Source of the DNA: Chloroflexota bacterium
Lineage (GTDB): Bacteria > Chloroflexota > UBA6077 > FW602-bin22
Assembly: GCA_016875715.1 (NCBI GenBank)
Contig: VGOZ01000002.1
Coordinates: 20,608-84,607 of the forward strand
Length of the DNA stretch: 64,000 nucleotides
Reading direction: 5' to 3'
Each line of letters begins with the position of its first letter. Within the stretch, counting starts at the first letter, position 1. Shown in pieces: positions 49,926 through 59,016 of this stretch. Under the pieces are notes generated by a model. That model was not told where the DNA came from. It saw only the letters and a program-made list of their open reading frames with translations, and ran no database searches. The position numbers and the translations under genes were made by a program.

Positions 49926-51353
49926 TCAGCGCTCGAACGAAGTCGCCGATGGACTCAGTGACCGTTGGTGATCCGGTGGGCAGCGCGGCCCGGCGAGGTT
50001 CTCCATCCGGAGCGTCGCACCGTCGGGAAGACTCATCAGGAGGACACCGCTTAATCGGGCGAGCGGCATCCCTCCGGGCGTCGAACCGGCAGCAAACTGC
50101 TCGTAGCAGTAGACCCTTCCGTCGGCACGAACCTCGCTGAACGGCCGGTTGACCGTCCCCTCGTCACGTGGCGCGAAGGCGTAGAGGCCGCTCGGTGCAC
50201 CCGGAACGCGGTTGCCCATGGCGATGATCGGTTGTGCCGGATCGACAAAGTCGCTCGCCAGTCCGAGGGCGCCGCTCATATCCGTGGAGCGGCGGTAGTC
50301 GACGCCTGGAGCGAACCAGTTGCCTGCGGCGGTGCCCGCGACGTCCTGATCGTGTTTTCCACCGACCGGATTCGCGGTGCGCGTCCTCTGGCCGAAGATG
50401 TTGCCCGTCTTCGCGGCCAGGCGTGCTCTCGGGTCGGGCGCGAAGTACTCCAGAGGAGAGGCGTAATATGGGTAGAACCCATCGTAGTGTTCGGGGCGAA
50501 CGAACCTGGCCGGCGGGCGGCGGAAATCGATCACCCCGAGGTCGATTCCGGCCGTGTCTGGCCCGTGACCGAACACTTCGCCTGCAGCGACGGGCAGGCC
50601 TAGGCCGGAACGTCGGCACGTCGTTACGGTCGCTCGGCCCTCGGAGAATGAGTTGCAGGTGGGCGATCCTGCCTGGTATGCGGCGCGAAGCCGGTCTGCG
50701 ATCGCGCTGAGGTGGCCCCAATAGACCCGCACCTCGCGACACGGATAAGTGAACACCTGGTAGTTCGCGCCGCCGGTGCTGAAGGAGGCCTCCCAGATCT
50801 CCTCGATCCACATCTCCGCGGGCGCGCGCAGCGGCACTGGTACTGGTCGCTCGCCGGGGCGGGTCATCGAGAACGCGCTGTGCTTGGCGGGAAACATGTG
50901 GATCGGCGGCGCCATAAAGCCGAGTGGCCGGAACGCCAGGAATTGCTCTGGTTCGAGAGGCAGGACGGTGAAAAGCTGCGTGGTGAAGTCGGTCGGGCAG
51001 GGAGGAATCGCGGGGCTGGGGGCCGGTCCGCTCGGAAGGGCCGCGCGCGCGAGGGTCGGTGACCTGGTGGGCAAGATCGGTGCAGCGATAGCCGGCGTGG
51101 GGGACGGCACGGCCGACGTGGAGGACGGCACGGCCGGCGTGGGGGACGGCACGGCCGGCGTGGGGGACGGCACGGCGGGAACAAGGGTGGCGGTGGGTGG
51201 AGGAGCGACGGACGCGGCCGCGAGGAGCGTCGGCGCCACCGGCGTCGCGGCGGGACTGTTCGTGGCGGACCCACAGGCCAGGAGAGCGATGAGCGCGACA
51301 GGGCACAACACCACGAACCCTCGCCGGCGCTTCGAGAGTCTTCCCGGGCTCAC
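49926..51353 (-). CDS. Putative lipoprotein with Pro/Ser/Thr linker
   Basis: LLACG lipobox, AVPSPTP repeats, Cys-containing globular domain. Confidence 0.7.
   Translation of the reverse strand: MSPGRLSKRRRGFVVLCPVALIALLACGSATNSPAATPVAPTLLAAASVAPPPTATLVPAVPSPTPAVPSPTPAVPSSTSAVPSPTPAIAAPILPTRSPTLARAALPSGPAPSPAIPPCPTDFTTQLFTVLPLEPEQFLAFRPLGFMAPPIHMFPAKHSAFSMTRPGERPVPVPLRAPAEMWIEEIWEASFSTGGANYQVFTYPCREVRVYWGHLSAIADRLRAAYQAGSPTCNSFSEGRATVTTCRRSGLGLPVAAGEVFGHGPDTAGIDLGVIDFRRPPARFVRPEHYDGFYPYYASPLEYFAPDPRARLAAKTGNIFGQRTRTANPVGGKHDQDVAGTAAGNWFAPGVDYRRSTDMSGALGLASDFVDPAQPIIAMGNRVPGAPSGLYAFAPRDEGTVNRPFSEVRADGRVYCYEQFAAGSTPGGMPLARLSGVLLMSLPDGATLRMENLAGPRCPPDHQRSLSPSATSFER
51091..51175. repeat. 21-bp tandem repeat x4 (codes AVPSPTP)
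   Basis: Unit gccggcgtgggggacggcacg, second copy with two substitutions. Confidence 0.85.
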
Positions 51354-51359
51354 AGTGGC

Positions 51360-51376
51360 ACTATGGCATAGATAGT
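51360..51376. promoter_or_regulatory. Palindromic operator ACTAT-N7-ATAGT upstream of VOC-DoxX
   Basis: ACTATGGCATAGATAGT; same arms and spacing as 27038. Confidence 0.55.
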
Positions 51377-51421
51377 TAGACTACTATGGACAGGATAGGC
51401 CCGGTGTGCCACCATAGGTCG

Positions 51422-51976
51422 GTGATCGAGCACGCTGCTCACCCGTCCCTCCCGCCGTACGTAGCGCCGGCGGCGACGCGCGTGGGTCATGTTCACCTGA
51501 AGGTCGCTGACATCCCCCGTGCCCTCGGGTTTTATCGAGACCTGCTCGGTTTCGAGGTCCAGTTCGATCTCGGCCACGCGGCGTTCCTCTCTGCCGGAGG
51601 ATATCACCACCACATCGGCCTGAATACGTGGGAGAGCCGGGGCGGCGAACCGCCACCACCGGGAGCGACCGGTCTCTACCACGTGGCGTTCGCCTATCCG
51701 ACCCGCCGCGACCTCGCCGTGGTCGTCCGTCGCCTCATGGATGCGGGATACCCGCTGGACGGTGGCTCCGACCACACCACCCACGAGGCGATCTACCTGC
51801 GCGATCCCGATGGCAATGGCGTCGAACTCGCCTGGGACCGGCCGGAGAGCGCCTGGCGGCCGTTCTGGGAGCAGTTCCGGGATGATCCGCGCGGTTTGGC
51901 CCGCCTGAACCGCCAGCTCGATTTTGGCAGCCTGATGGCGGAGATCGATCGTCCAATGGAGGCAGATACCACATGA
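51422..51976 (+). CDS. VOC family protein (CatE-like glyoxalase/dioxygenase domain)
   Basis: GHVHLKV, FLSAGGYHHHIGLNTW, GLYHVA, DH..HEAIYLRDPDGNGVEL. Confidence 0.9.
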   Translation: MIEHAAHPSLPPYVAPAATRVGHVHLKVADIPRALGFYRDLLGFEVQFDLGHAAFLSAGGYHHHIGLNTWESRGGEPPPPGATGLYHVAFAYPTRRDLAVVVRRLMDAGYPLDGGSDHTTHEAIYLRDPDGNGVELAWDRPESAWRPFWEQFRDDPRGLARLNRQLDFGSLMAEIDRPMEADTT

Positions 51977-52365
51977 TCAGGGACCGTCGGCTCTGGGCAG
52001 GCCAGATCTTTCTGGCAATCGCCTTCCTCGTCAATGGCGGCGGCAAGGTCGCGATCCCAGCCGCGGAACTGGCAGCGATGGGTCCAGCGAATCTGTGGGT
52101 TGCGGACGCTTCTCCCGAGATTGTCATTGTGGTGGGACTGCTCGAACTGCTCGGCGCAATCGGCGTCATCCTGCCGTGGGCCACCGGGGTCCGCCGGGAG
52201 CTCACCTTCTGGGCGGCGGCGGGTCTCGCGCTGACGATGCTCGGCGCGGCCGGTCTTCATGTCGTGCGCGGCGAAATGTTCCTCATGCCCGTCAACGCTG
52301 CGATCGGCGTCATCGCGCTCCTCGTCGCGCTCGGGCGCAGGAGCAGGACCGCCCCCACCGACTGA
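51973..52365 (+). CDS. DoxX family (DoxX_2-like) membrane protein
   Basis: QIFLA.AF...G.GK, GLLELLGAIGVILP, GLALTM.GA..LH; ATGA overlap. Confidence 0.85.
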   Translation: MIRDRRLWAGQIFLAIAFLVNGGGKVAIPAAELAAMGPANLWVADASPEIVIVVGLLELLGAIGVILPWATGVRRELTFWAAAGLALTMLGAAGLHVVRGEMFLMPVNAAIGVIALLVALGRRSRTAPTD

Positions 52366-52388
52366 TCCCGACGGCCTTAGGGCAGCGC

Positions 52389-53420
52389 TCAGCCGTCGAT
52401 CCCGCCGATCCGGAGCGCGCCCAGCGTCACGGCCAGCAGGAACGTCAGCGATGCAAGCACCGCCGCTGCGACCCGGGCGCCCACCGCCCGCACGGCCGCG
52501 ATCTCGACGCCGAACCCCAATCCGGCCATCGCGACGAGCGTCAGGGCTCGACTCCCCTCGCGGAGCAACTCGGCCGGGGCCGTGGGTAGGAGGCTCGTGC
52601 TCCGCGCCGCGGCGAGAATGAGGAAGCCGATCACGAACCACGGCAGGAAGCTCGCGAGGCCCCGCCCCGATCCATGGCGGAAGAGCAGACTCGCCGCGAT
52701 CACGACCGGTCCGATGAGGAGCACGCGCGTCAATTTGACGGTCGTAGCCACCTCGCCGCTGAGTTGACTGACCGGAAACGCCGCGGCGATCACCTGCGGC
52801 ACCGCGTAGACCGCCATCCCGGCGAGGACCCCATATTGATAATGACTGAGCAGCAACGGCCCGATGAGGAAAGGCAGGCCGAGCACGAGCAGTAGACCGA
52901 GGATTGCGGTCAGGCCGATCGCTGAGGCCACATCTTTGCGGTCAGCCTTGATCACCGGCGCGACCGCGGCAATCGCGGAGTTCCCGCAAATACCGTTACC
53001 GACCGCGACGAGAAGCGCGAGCTGCCAGCCGAGGCCCAGGACCCTTCCGATGCCGAAGCCGATGAGGATTGCCGCGATCACGCTCAGGATGATGAAGCCG
53101 AGCAGGATCGGGCCGGCCGCGAACACAACGGGGAAGGAGACCGCCGCGCCCAGGAGCAGGACGCCGAGTTCGAGCACCTGACGCGACGCGTAGTTCGCGC
53201 CCGGTGCGAACGAGGCGATCAGATCCGCGGGCAGGATGTTGCGCAGGATCACCCCGATGAGCAGTGCAACCACGAGCCCCTCGATGACCGCCTGCCCGAT
53301 GAGTAGCTCCTCGAACCGCGCGACGACGAAACCCATCGCCGCCACCACGATGGAGAGAAGAAGGCCCCGCGTGTGCTCCGGTCGCAGGCCGATACGCTGG
53401 AGCAGGTTCACCGCGCCCAT
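52389..53420 (-). CDS. YeiH / putative sulfate exporter family transporter
   Basis: GNGICGNSAIAAVAP, VYAVPQV, TVKLTRVLL, PWFVIGF, AMAGLG. Confidence 0.9.
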   Translation of the reverse strand: MGAVNLLQRIGLRPEHTRGLLLSIVVAAMGFVVARFEELLIGQAVIEGLVVALLIGVILRNILPADLIASFAPGANYASRQVLELGVLLLGAAVSFPVVFAAGPILLGFIILSVIAAILIGFGIGRVLGLGWQLALLVAVGNGICGNSAIAAVAPVIKADRKDVASAIGLTAILGLLLVLGLPFLIGPLLLSHYQYGVLAGMAVYAVPQVIAAAFPVSQLSGEVATTVKLTRVLLIGPVVIAASLLFRHGSGRGLASFLPWFVIGFLILAAARSTSLLPTAPAELLREGSRALTLVAMAGLGFGVEIAAVRAVGARVAAAVLASLTFLLAVTLGALRIGGIDG

Positions 53421-53469
53421 CACCTCGATCCTCCGGGCAAAAGCAACTAAGGATACCGCAGCGGCGCAC

Positions 53470-53486
53470 TCAGGGTATTCCCCGGA
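53470..53486. promoter_or_regulatory. Putative response regulator site TCAGGGTATTCCCCGGA
   Basis: Imperfect palindrome between divergent yeiH-like and usp genes. Confidence 0.5.
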
Positions 53487-53534
53487 CGCCTTCCCTCCCC
53501 ACCCGCCCGACAATTGGCGATGGAGGGCTGTCAC

Positions 53535-54638
53535 ATGGGAACGATTCTCGTACCGCTCGACGGCTCGGACATGTCGGAGCGCGCCCTTCCCTTTGCGGTG
53601 CGCCTCGCCCGGGAGACCGGCGGGACCCTGCTCCTCGTGCGCGCGGCGCTGGCCTATGTGTACGAATCGGAGCGCATCAGCGACGTCGTGCGCCTCGACC
53701 ACGGTGCCCAGCCCGAGCTGGACGAAGTCGCCCAGAAGGTCCGCGCGATGAACGTAACCGTGGAAACGTCGGTCGCGCACGGCGTGTCCGCCGCCGACTC
53801 GATCGTCGGACTTGCTTGCGAACGGGCCGTGGACCTGATCGTGATGTCATCGCACGGGAGAGGCGGGCTCGGCCGTTTCATCTACGGGAGCGTGGCCGAC
53901 CGGGTACTGCGGAATGCGCCCGCGCCGGTGCTGATGATCACTGGCGGGACGCATCATCTCTGGAGAGAGGGCACGATCCGGGCTCTGATGCCGCTCGACG
54001 GATCGGCGCTGTCCGGTCGATCGCTCCTCACATTGGGAACGCTCGCCCGCGCGATGTCGATCGAGGCCGTTCTGCTGCGCGTCATCGAACCGCCACCACC
54101 GGACGCGACGCTCGGCTTTCCGCCCACCTACGCCGTGCCGATGCCGATGGAGGTGGACGGCCAGGTCCTCCACGCGCGGGGCGCTCTTGACGATGAGGCG
54201 CAACGGGTGCGGGGCACGGTGCCGATCGTTGGGGTCCGGGTCGAGGTCGGCCAGGTGGCGCCGACCATCGCCACAGTGGCCGCGGAGGAGAAGGTCGACC
54301 TGATCGTGATGTCGACGCACGGTCGCGGCGGCATCAGTCGCATGGTGATGGGGTCGGCTGCGACAGCCATGATGCAGCGTGCCACGGTGCCGCTCCTCCT
54401 CGTTCCCCACACCGTGAGGACTCGCGCCGTGCTCGCACCCACCGATCCGAGGCGACGGCCGCGTCCGAAGAGTGATGTGACGGTGACGCTCACGCCGCTC
54501 CAGGTCGGGTACGTCGAGTACGGCCTCGAGATGGTTCTCCACTCCGCCGACGATCGTGCCTCGGCCGAGGAGGTGCAGGGACTGCTCGCCACGTTCGAGG
54601 CGTTCGCCGAACCGTCGGAGATGGTCCCACACACCTGA
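53535..54638 (+). CDS. Universal stress protein (tandem USP plus C-terminal extension)
   Basis: ILVPLDGS, LIVMSSHGRGG..GSVAD, second domain LIVMSTHGRGG..GSAA. Confidence 0.92.
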   Translation: MGTILVPLDGSDMSERALPFAVRLARETGGTLLLVRAALAYVYESERISDVVRLDHGAQPELDEVAQKVRAMNVTVETSVAHGVSAADSIVGLACERAVDLIVMSSHGRGGLGRFIYGSVADRVLRNAPAPVLMITGGTHHLWREGTIRALMPLDGSALSGRSLLTLGTLARAMSIEAVLLRVIEPPPPDATLGFPPTYAVPMPMEVDGQVLHARGALDDEAQRVRGTVPIVGVRVEVGQVAPTIATVAAEEKVDLIVMSTHGRGGISRMVMGSAATAMMQRATVPLLLVPHTVRTRAVLAPTDPRRRPRPKSDVTVTLTPLQVGYVEYGLEMVLHSADDRASAEEVQGLLATFEAFAEPSEMVPHT

Positions 54639-54659
54639 GCGCAGAGGGCGGCGCGCGCC

Positions 54660-55319
54660 TTACCCGGGCCGCTCCGTCCGATCCTCGATCTCCCAGGCGT
54701 GATCGAGCACATGCCAGGTGATGTAGCGCGCCGCGAAGCGCTGCGACCACCCTCGCTCGGCGACAGGTGCGCCGTCCGATGGCTGGCGCAGAACCGAGAG
54801 CATCGCCGCTCGAGCTTCCGAGATCGCGATTCGATCGTCGAGCGCCGGGATCTTTACCCGAATCCCCAGGCGACGTGCGTAGTAGCCGACGTCGCACTCG
54901 AGCACGTGCTGCACGACAGCCGTGCGGTCACGCCCGCCGCCACGCGGTCCCTTGCGCAGCGTCTCCGACGCCGCGTCGGAAATTCGATCGAAGGCCTCCC
55001 AGGCCGCGGCCAGGATCGCTGCGAAACGCGCGGCCTCATCTCTCGACGTTGGCCGGCGATCGCCCTCCGCGGAGGCGCCCGGAGCGCCGAAATCTGTACC
55101 CGCGGCCCCCGCGAGGCGCTCGCTCACCTCCCACCGATCGGGCGAGATCGGACCGGGCAGTGCCAGTCCCGCCGCAGCGGCGATTGGCTCGTATCGCGAT
55201 CGATAGGCCGCAAGCGCTTCCAGCGCGCCCTGTTCATCGCGCCCGGCTCGGGTCCATCCCGGCCAGTCGACTGCACTCGCAAACGCGCGCTTCGCTCCGA
55301 CTTCCACGATCGCGATCAT
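54660..55319 (-). CDS. Conserved hypothetical protein (DinB-like C-terminus)
   Basis: FASAVDWPGW.R.GR, LRKGPRGGGRD, WHVLDHAWEIEDR. Confidence 0.7.
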   Translation of the reverse strand: MIAIVEVGAKRAFASAVDWPGWTRAGRDEQGALEALAAYRSRYEPIAAAAGLALPGPISPDRWEVSERLAGAAGTDFGAPGASAEGDRRPTSRDEAARFAAILAAAWEAFDRISDAASETLRKGPRGGGRDRTAVVQHVLECDVGYYARRLGIRVKIPALDDRIAISEARAAMLSVLRQPSDGAPVAERGWSQRFAARYITWHVLDHAWEIEDRTERPG

Positions 55320-55383
55320 CTCGCGCCTCCGCAATGTGCGGCGGGGCAGGGCGCCCCGCCGCACAACATTGTCCCGGATGTAT

Positions 55384-55893
55384 TCAGGCGGTCGCGCGTA
55401 CCAGCAGAATCGGAATCGTCGCGTGGCGCACCACGTAGTCGGTCACGCTGCCCAGCAGCAGTCGGCCCAGTCCGCCGCGCCCGTGGGTCGTCATCAGGAT
55501 GAGATCGGCCTCCCAGGACGCGGCCTCGGCGACGATCTTCTCCCCGGCGGAGCCATCCAAACGTCGCCAGCTGCAGTGGACGCCCTCCTTCCGCAGTCGA
55601 TCCGCCGTCTGGGTAGGGTAGAGGTCCGCCTCATCTTTCTGCGCCGCCACGTACGGCGCCGGATCGAGCACCGGTCCGTGACCGGGCATCGTGCTGGCCG
55701 CGCTCGCCGCGAGTAGGCTGGCCGGCGGCGCGTAGGCCCGCACGAGCTCGACGCGAGAGTCGAACGCTTTCGCGAGCGTGCGGACGTGGGGAAGAATTTG
55801 CTCGGCAAGCGCCGACCCGTCCAGCGGAACGATGATGCGCGCGTAGGGTTGGCTGCCGAGTGTGCGGAAATCCCTCTGTGCCATCTGGGGCAC
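55384..55893 (-). CDS. Universal stress protein (single domain)
   Basis: IIVPLDGSALAE, LILMTTHGRGGLGRLLLGSVTD. Confidence 0.9.
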   Translation of the reverse strand: MPQMAQRDFRTLGSQPYARIIVPLDGSALAEQILPHVRTLAKAFDSRVELVRAYAPPASLLAASAASTMPGHGPVLDPAPYVAAQKDEADLYPTQTADRLRKEGVHCSWRRLDGSAGEKIVAEAASWEADLILMTTHGRGGLGRLLLGSVTDYVVRHATIPILLVRATA

Positions 55894-55934
55894 CCCCTTC
55901 GCCAGTCAGCCTAGGGGTGGCCGCTCGCCGAGGA

Positions 55935-55951
55935 TCAGGAATAAATTCTGA
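55935..55951. promoter_or_regulatory. Putative response regulator site TCAGGAATAAATTCTGA
   Basis: Imperfect palindrome between divergent usp and 44-aa ORF. Confidence 0.5.
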
Positions 55952-56004
55952 GGCCCGCCGACCTCACGTCGCGCACGATCGAGCCACGCGAGGAGGTGCT
56001 GACC

Positions 56005-56139
56005 GTGGAGAGTTGGAGTGATGGGCGGGCCGGACTCATGGCGGTCTTCGTCGTGGGAGGCGCCGCGGCGTCGATCCTGCTGCTGATCCTCGCGGTGATC
56101 GCGTACAGCGCAAACTGGGGCTACGCGATCCGATTCTGA
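56005..56139 (+). CDS. 44-aa single-TM small protein (absent from ORF track)
   Basis: AGGAGG 8 nt before GTG; MESWSDGRAGLMAVFVVGGAAASILLLILAVIAYSANWGYAIRF*. Confidence 0.6.
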   Translation: MESWSDGRAGLMAVFVVGGAAASILLLILAVIAYSANWGYAIRF

Positions 56140-56215
56140 CCTGCGCGCGACCCATCGCCGTGCGCGCCGCGCGAGGATCGGCGTATCGTTGGCCGATCCT
56201 GACGGGGTGTGGCGC

Positions 56216-56882
56216 TTGCCGATCTCGGTCTATCTCTGCGACGACCACGCCATGTTGCGTGCCGGCCTGCGCGCCCTCCTGAACAGCGTCCGCGGGATCG
56301 ATGTGATCGGAGATGCGGGCGATGCCGAGACCGCGATTCGGGACGTCGTCGCGCCGTCCCGACGTCGCGATTTTCGACATCATCCTGCCTGGCATTGATG
56401 ACCTCGAGGCCGCGCGCCGCATCCGGCGGGGCGCGCCGGATGTGCGCGTCCTGATGCTCACTATGCACGACGATCCGGCGTACCTGTATCAGGCGCTCGA
56501 CGCCGGTGCCGCAGGCTACGTGCTCAAGCGCGCCGCTGACGTGGAACTGATTGCCGCGATCCGGAGCGTGGTGATGGACAACGCTTTCCTCGCCCCGGCG
56601 GCGGCGCGATCGCTCGTCGCGGACTACCTCCATTGGCGCGAGCGCGGCGAACTGCGGATCGAGGCCGAGAGGTTGACGCCACGGGAAGAGGAGGTGCTCT
56701 CCCTCATCGCCCAGGGTTTCACCAACGTCGAGATCGGCGATCGGCTCGTCATCAGCATCAAGACCGTCGAGACCCACCGCTCGCACGTCCTGGCAAGACT
56801 CGGCCTGCGCAAGCGCGCCGAACTGGTCCATTACGCGCGCACGCACGGTCTCCTCGATCGTCAAACCGCCCTCGGCTCGTGA
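56216..56882 (+). pseudogene. Frameshifted NarL/NreC family response regulator, paralog of 19173-19817
   Basis: LCDDHAMLRAGL in one frame; RPDVAIFD...LTPREEEVL...KTVETHR in another; shift at ~56354. Confidence 0.8.
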
Positions 56883-56893
56883 GGTAGCTCTCC

Positions 56894-57508
56894 GTGCGGC
56901 GCATCGTCCGTCGGATCTTCCCGGCGCTCCTCGAGCGATGCGGGGGGAGTCACGAGCGGCATACCGCCGCCCACAAGCGGGAACTGCTGGCTCCGCTGCG
57001 GGGCCGCGTGGTCGAGGTGGGACCGGGAACAGGGGTGAACCTGGTCTACCTCGATCGAAACGCCGACTGGATCGGCGTGGAGCCGAACGAGCATATGGAA
57101 CCGTACTTGCGTCGGCGTGCCGCGGCTCTCGGTCGTGCGGTGGAGGTCCGCCGCGGCACCGCTGAGGCGCTCCCCTTCGACCGCGCGTCGGTCGACGCGG
57201 TCGTCAGCACGTTGGTGCTCTGCTCGGTGGCCGATCCGAACGCGGCGCTGGCGGAGATCCGGCGCGTGCTCTGCCCTGGTGGGCAGTTCGTCTTCATCGA
57301 GCACGTCGCCGCCCCGGTGGGCTCCCGCACGCGCGCATTCCAGCACTTCATCCGACCTGTCTGGGCGTACATCAGCGACGGCTGCCATCCCGACCGCGAC
57401 ACCCCGGAGGCGATCGCATCTGCCGGCTTTGCGTCGGTCGAGATCGCCCGCTTCGACCTCCGCATGCCGATCGTGGGGCCACACATCGTCGGTCGCGCGG
57501 TCAACTGA
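56894..57508 (+). CDS. Class I SAM-dependent methyltransferase
   Basis: VVEVGPGTG, AEALPF, VVSTLVLCSV, FVFIEHV, DGCH. Confidence 0.9.
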   Translation: MRRIVRRIFPALLERCGGSHERHTAAHKRELLAPLRGRVVEVGPGTGVNLVYLDRNADWIGVEPNEHMEPYLRRRAAALGRAVEVRRGTAEALPFDRASVDAVVSTLVLCSVADPNAALAEIRRVLCPGGQFVFIEHVAAPVGSRTRAFQHFIRPVWAYISDGCHPDRDTPEAIASAGFASVEIARFDLRMPIVGPHIVGRAVN

Positions 57509-57657
57509 GCCACTTCGCTCGCACGGCGCCGGGCGGGCAGCGGAGTTCCGGCCCAAAGTGACCCACGGTGCAGCGCGACCATCGACAGCGTACTTCCGAC
57601 GGGGGCACAAATGACACGGTCCATGGTCGGCCGGCGGTGAGCCCATAGAATCGCGCG

Positions 57658-58560
57658 ATGATCGAACCACCGCGATCTCCACAAGACAGTGCCTTCGAGG
57701 GCGATCGGTGGGCAGGTCGGTTCGTTCCCGGCACGGGGTACGGAGTCCTGATCGTGCTCGTGCTGATGGCGGGGCAGGTCGCCGTGGGTGGCGCCTTCGA
57801 CGCTCTGAGAGGCGGGACACCCCTCTGGATCGTCGCGATCGTCGCGGCACTCATCGCGACGGGAGTCGCCCTCTGGGTGATCCGGCGCTGGTGGCGCCTC
57901 GATCTGGACGAGGTCGTACCCCCGGGTTACCCCGCCGGATCGGTGATGGCTGCTCTGGTGCCGCTCACGATCGGGATGCAGATCCTCTTCTCCGAGATGG
58001 ACAACCTGCTTCAACTCGTGTGGCCGATGCCACCCGAGATGAAGGCGATGATGGCCGACCTCGTAGGGGGCAGCATCATCACCGCGCTGCTGGTCCTGGT
58101 GATCGTTGCCCCGCTCACCGAAGAGCTGCTCTTCCGTGGCGCCGTTCTCGGCGGTCTCCTCCGCGGCCCGAACATCCTCCGCGCGATCGCGGTCTCCTCC
58201 ATCCTGTTCGGGTTGGCACACGGCAATCCCTGGCAGTTCGCGGGCGCCTTCTGCGCCGGGATGCTCTTCGGCTGGCTGCGCGTCCGGACCAACTCGATCG
58301 TCCCCGGCCTCTGGGGGCACGCGCTGATGAACGCCGTGCCGGTACTGGCGATGCACATTCTGCCGCCCATCCCCGGGTTCACCGAGGTGCGGGATACGCC
58401 CACACTACAGCCGTACTGGCTGGATGCGACCGGCGTGGTCCTCGTCTACGTGGGCGCGCGCCTTCTGCTCAACGCGATCCGGCAATCGACCCGAGTATCG
58501 GATTGGCGCGTGGATGACGCGGGCATCGCATCGCCCTCCGATGGGGGATCCTCGTCCTGA
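57658..58560 (+). CDS. CPBP (CAAX/Abi) intramembrane metalloprotease
   Basis: APLTEELLFRG, FGLAH, HALMN. Confidence 0.9.
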   Translation: MIEPPRSPQDSAFEGDRWAGRFVPGTGYGVLIVLVLMAGQVAVGGAFDALRGGTPLWIVAIVAALIATGVALWVIRRWWRLDLDEVVPPGYPAGSVMAALVPLTIGMQILFSEMDNLLQLVWPMPPEMKAMMADLVGGSIITALLVLVIVAPLTEELLFRGAVLGGLLRGPNILRAIAVSSILFGLAHGNPWQFAGAFCAGMLFGWLRVRTNSIVPGLWGHALMNAVPVLAMHILPPIPGFTEVRDTPTLQPYWLDATGVVLVYVGARLLLNAIRQSTRVSDWRVDDAGIASPSDGGSSS

Positions 58561-58566
58561 CCCGCG

Positions 58567-58815
58567 TCAGTCACTGCGCGCGGCTTCCATCGCGGTCGAT
58601 GCACCCAGATCGAGCATGCCGAGCCCCTTGACCTGGTTCGACTGTGCGAAGCGGGCGATGCGCAGCAAGTTCTGCACGATCTCGCTGGCACGCTTGGCGG
58701 CCTGGAGACTCGATCGCGCGGTGCTCTCTCCCGGCTGCCCGGCGAGGGCCTCGATGAGGAGATGCCCGTACCCGACCGTGAGCGTCAACTGGTTGTTCAC
58801 CTCGTGGACGATCAC
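58567..58815 (-). CDS. Stand-alone HisKA (DHp) mini-protein; true start uncertain
   Basis: (DGAIKTAR)VIVHEVNNQLTLTVGYGHLL...AAKRASEIVQNL; no HATPase domain follows. Confidence 0.6.
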   Translation of the reverse strand: MIVHEVNNQLTLTVGYGHLLIEALAGQPGESTARSSLQAAKRASEIVQNLLRIARFAQSNQVKGLGMLDLGASTAMEAARSD

Positions 58816-59016
58816 GCGCGCGGTCTTGATCGCGCCATCGTACCGCGTCGATGGTGCCGCGAATTACTCCCTGATGGCGGGCCGCTCAGGCGACGTTCCG
58901 GATCGTCATCGTTGCCGGGTCGTACTTTGTCATTACGACCAGGCCCGAGCCGGTGGCGGCGAGGGCGTTGGCACAGATCTCGTCGTAGATGCCAGGACGG
59001 GTCAGCGGAGATTCCA

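Noticed and set aside
51091-51175. Tandem 21-bp repeats as a possible CRISPR or regulatory array
   Set aside because: No spacers; in-frame Pro/Ser/Thr linker of a lipoprotein. The same applies to the TPGPGTPTV repeat near 5600-5670.
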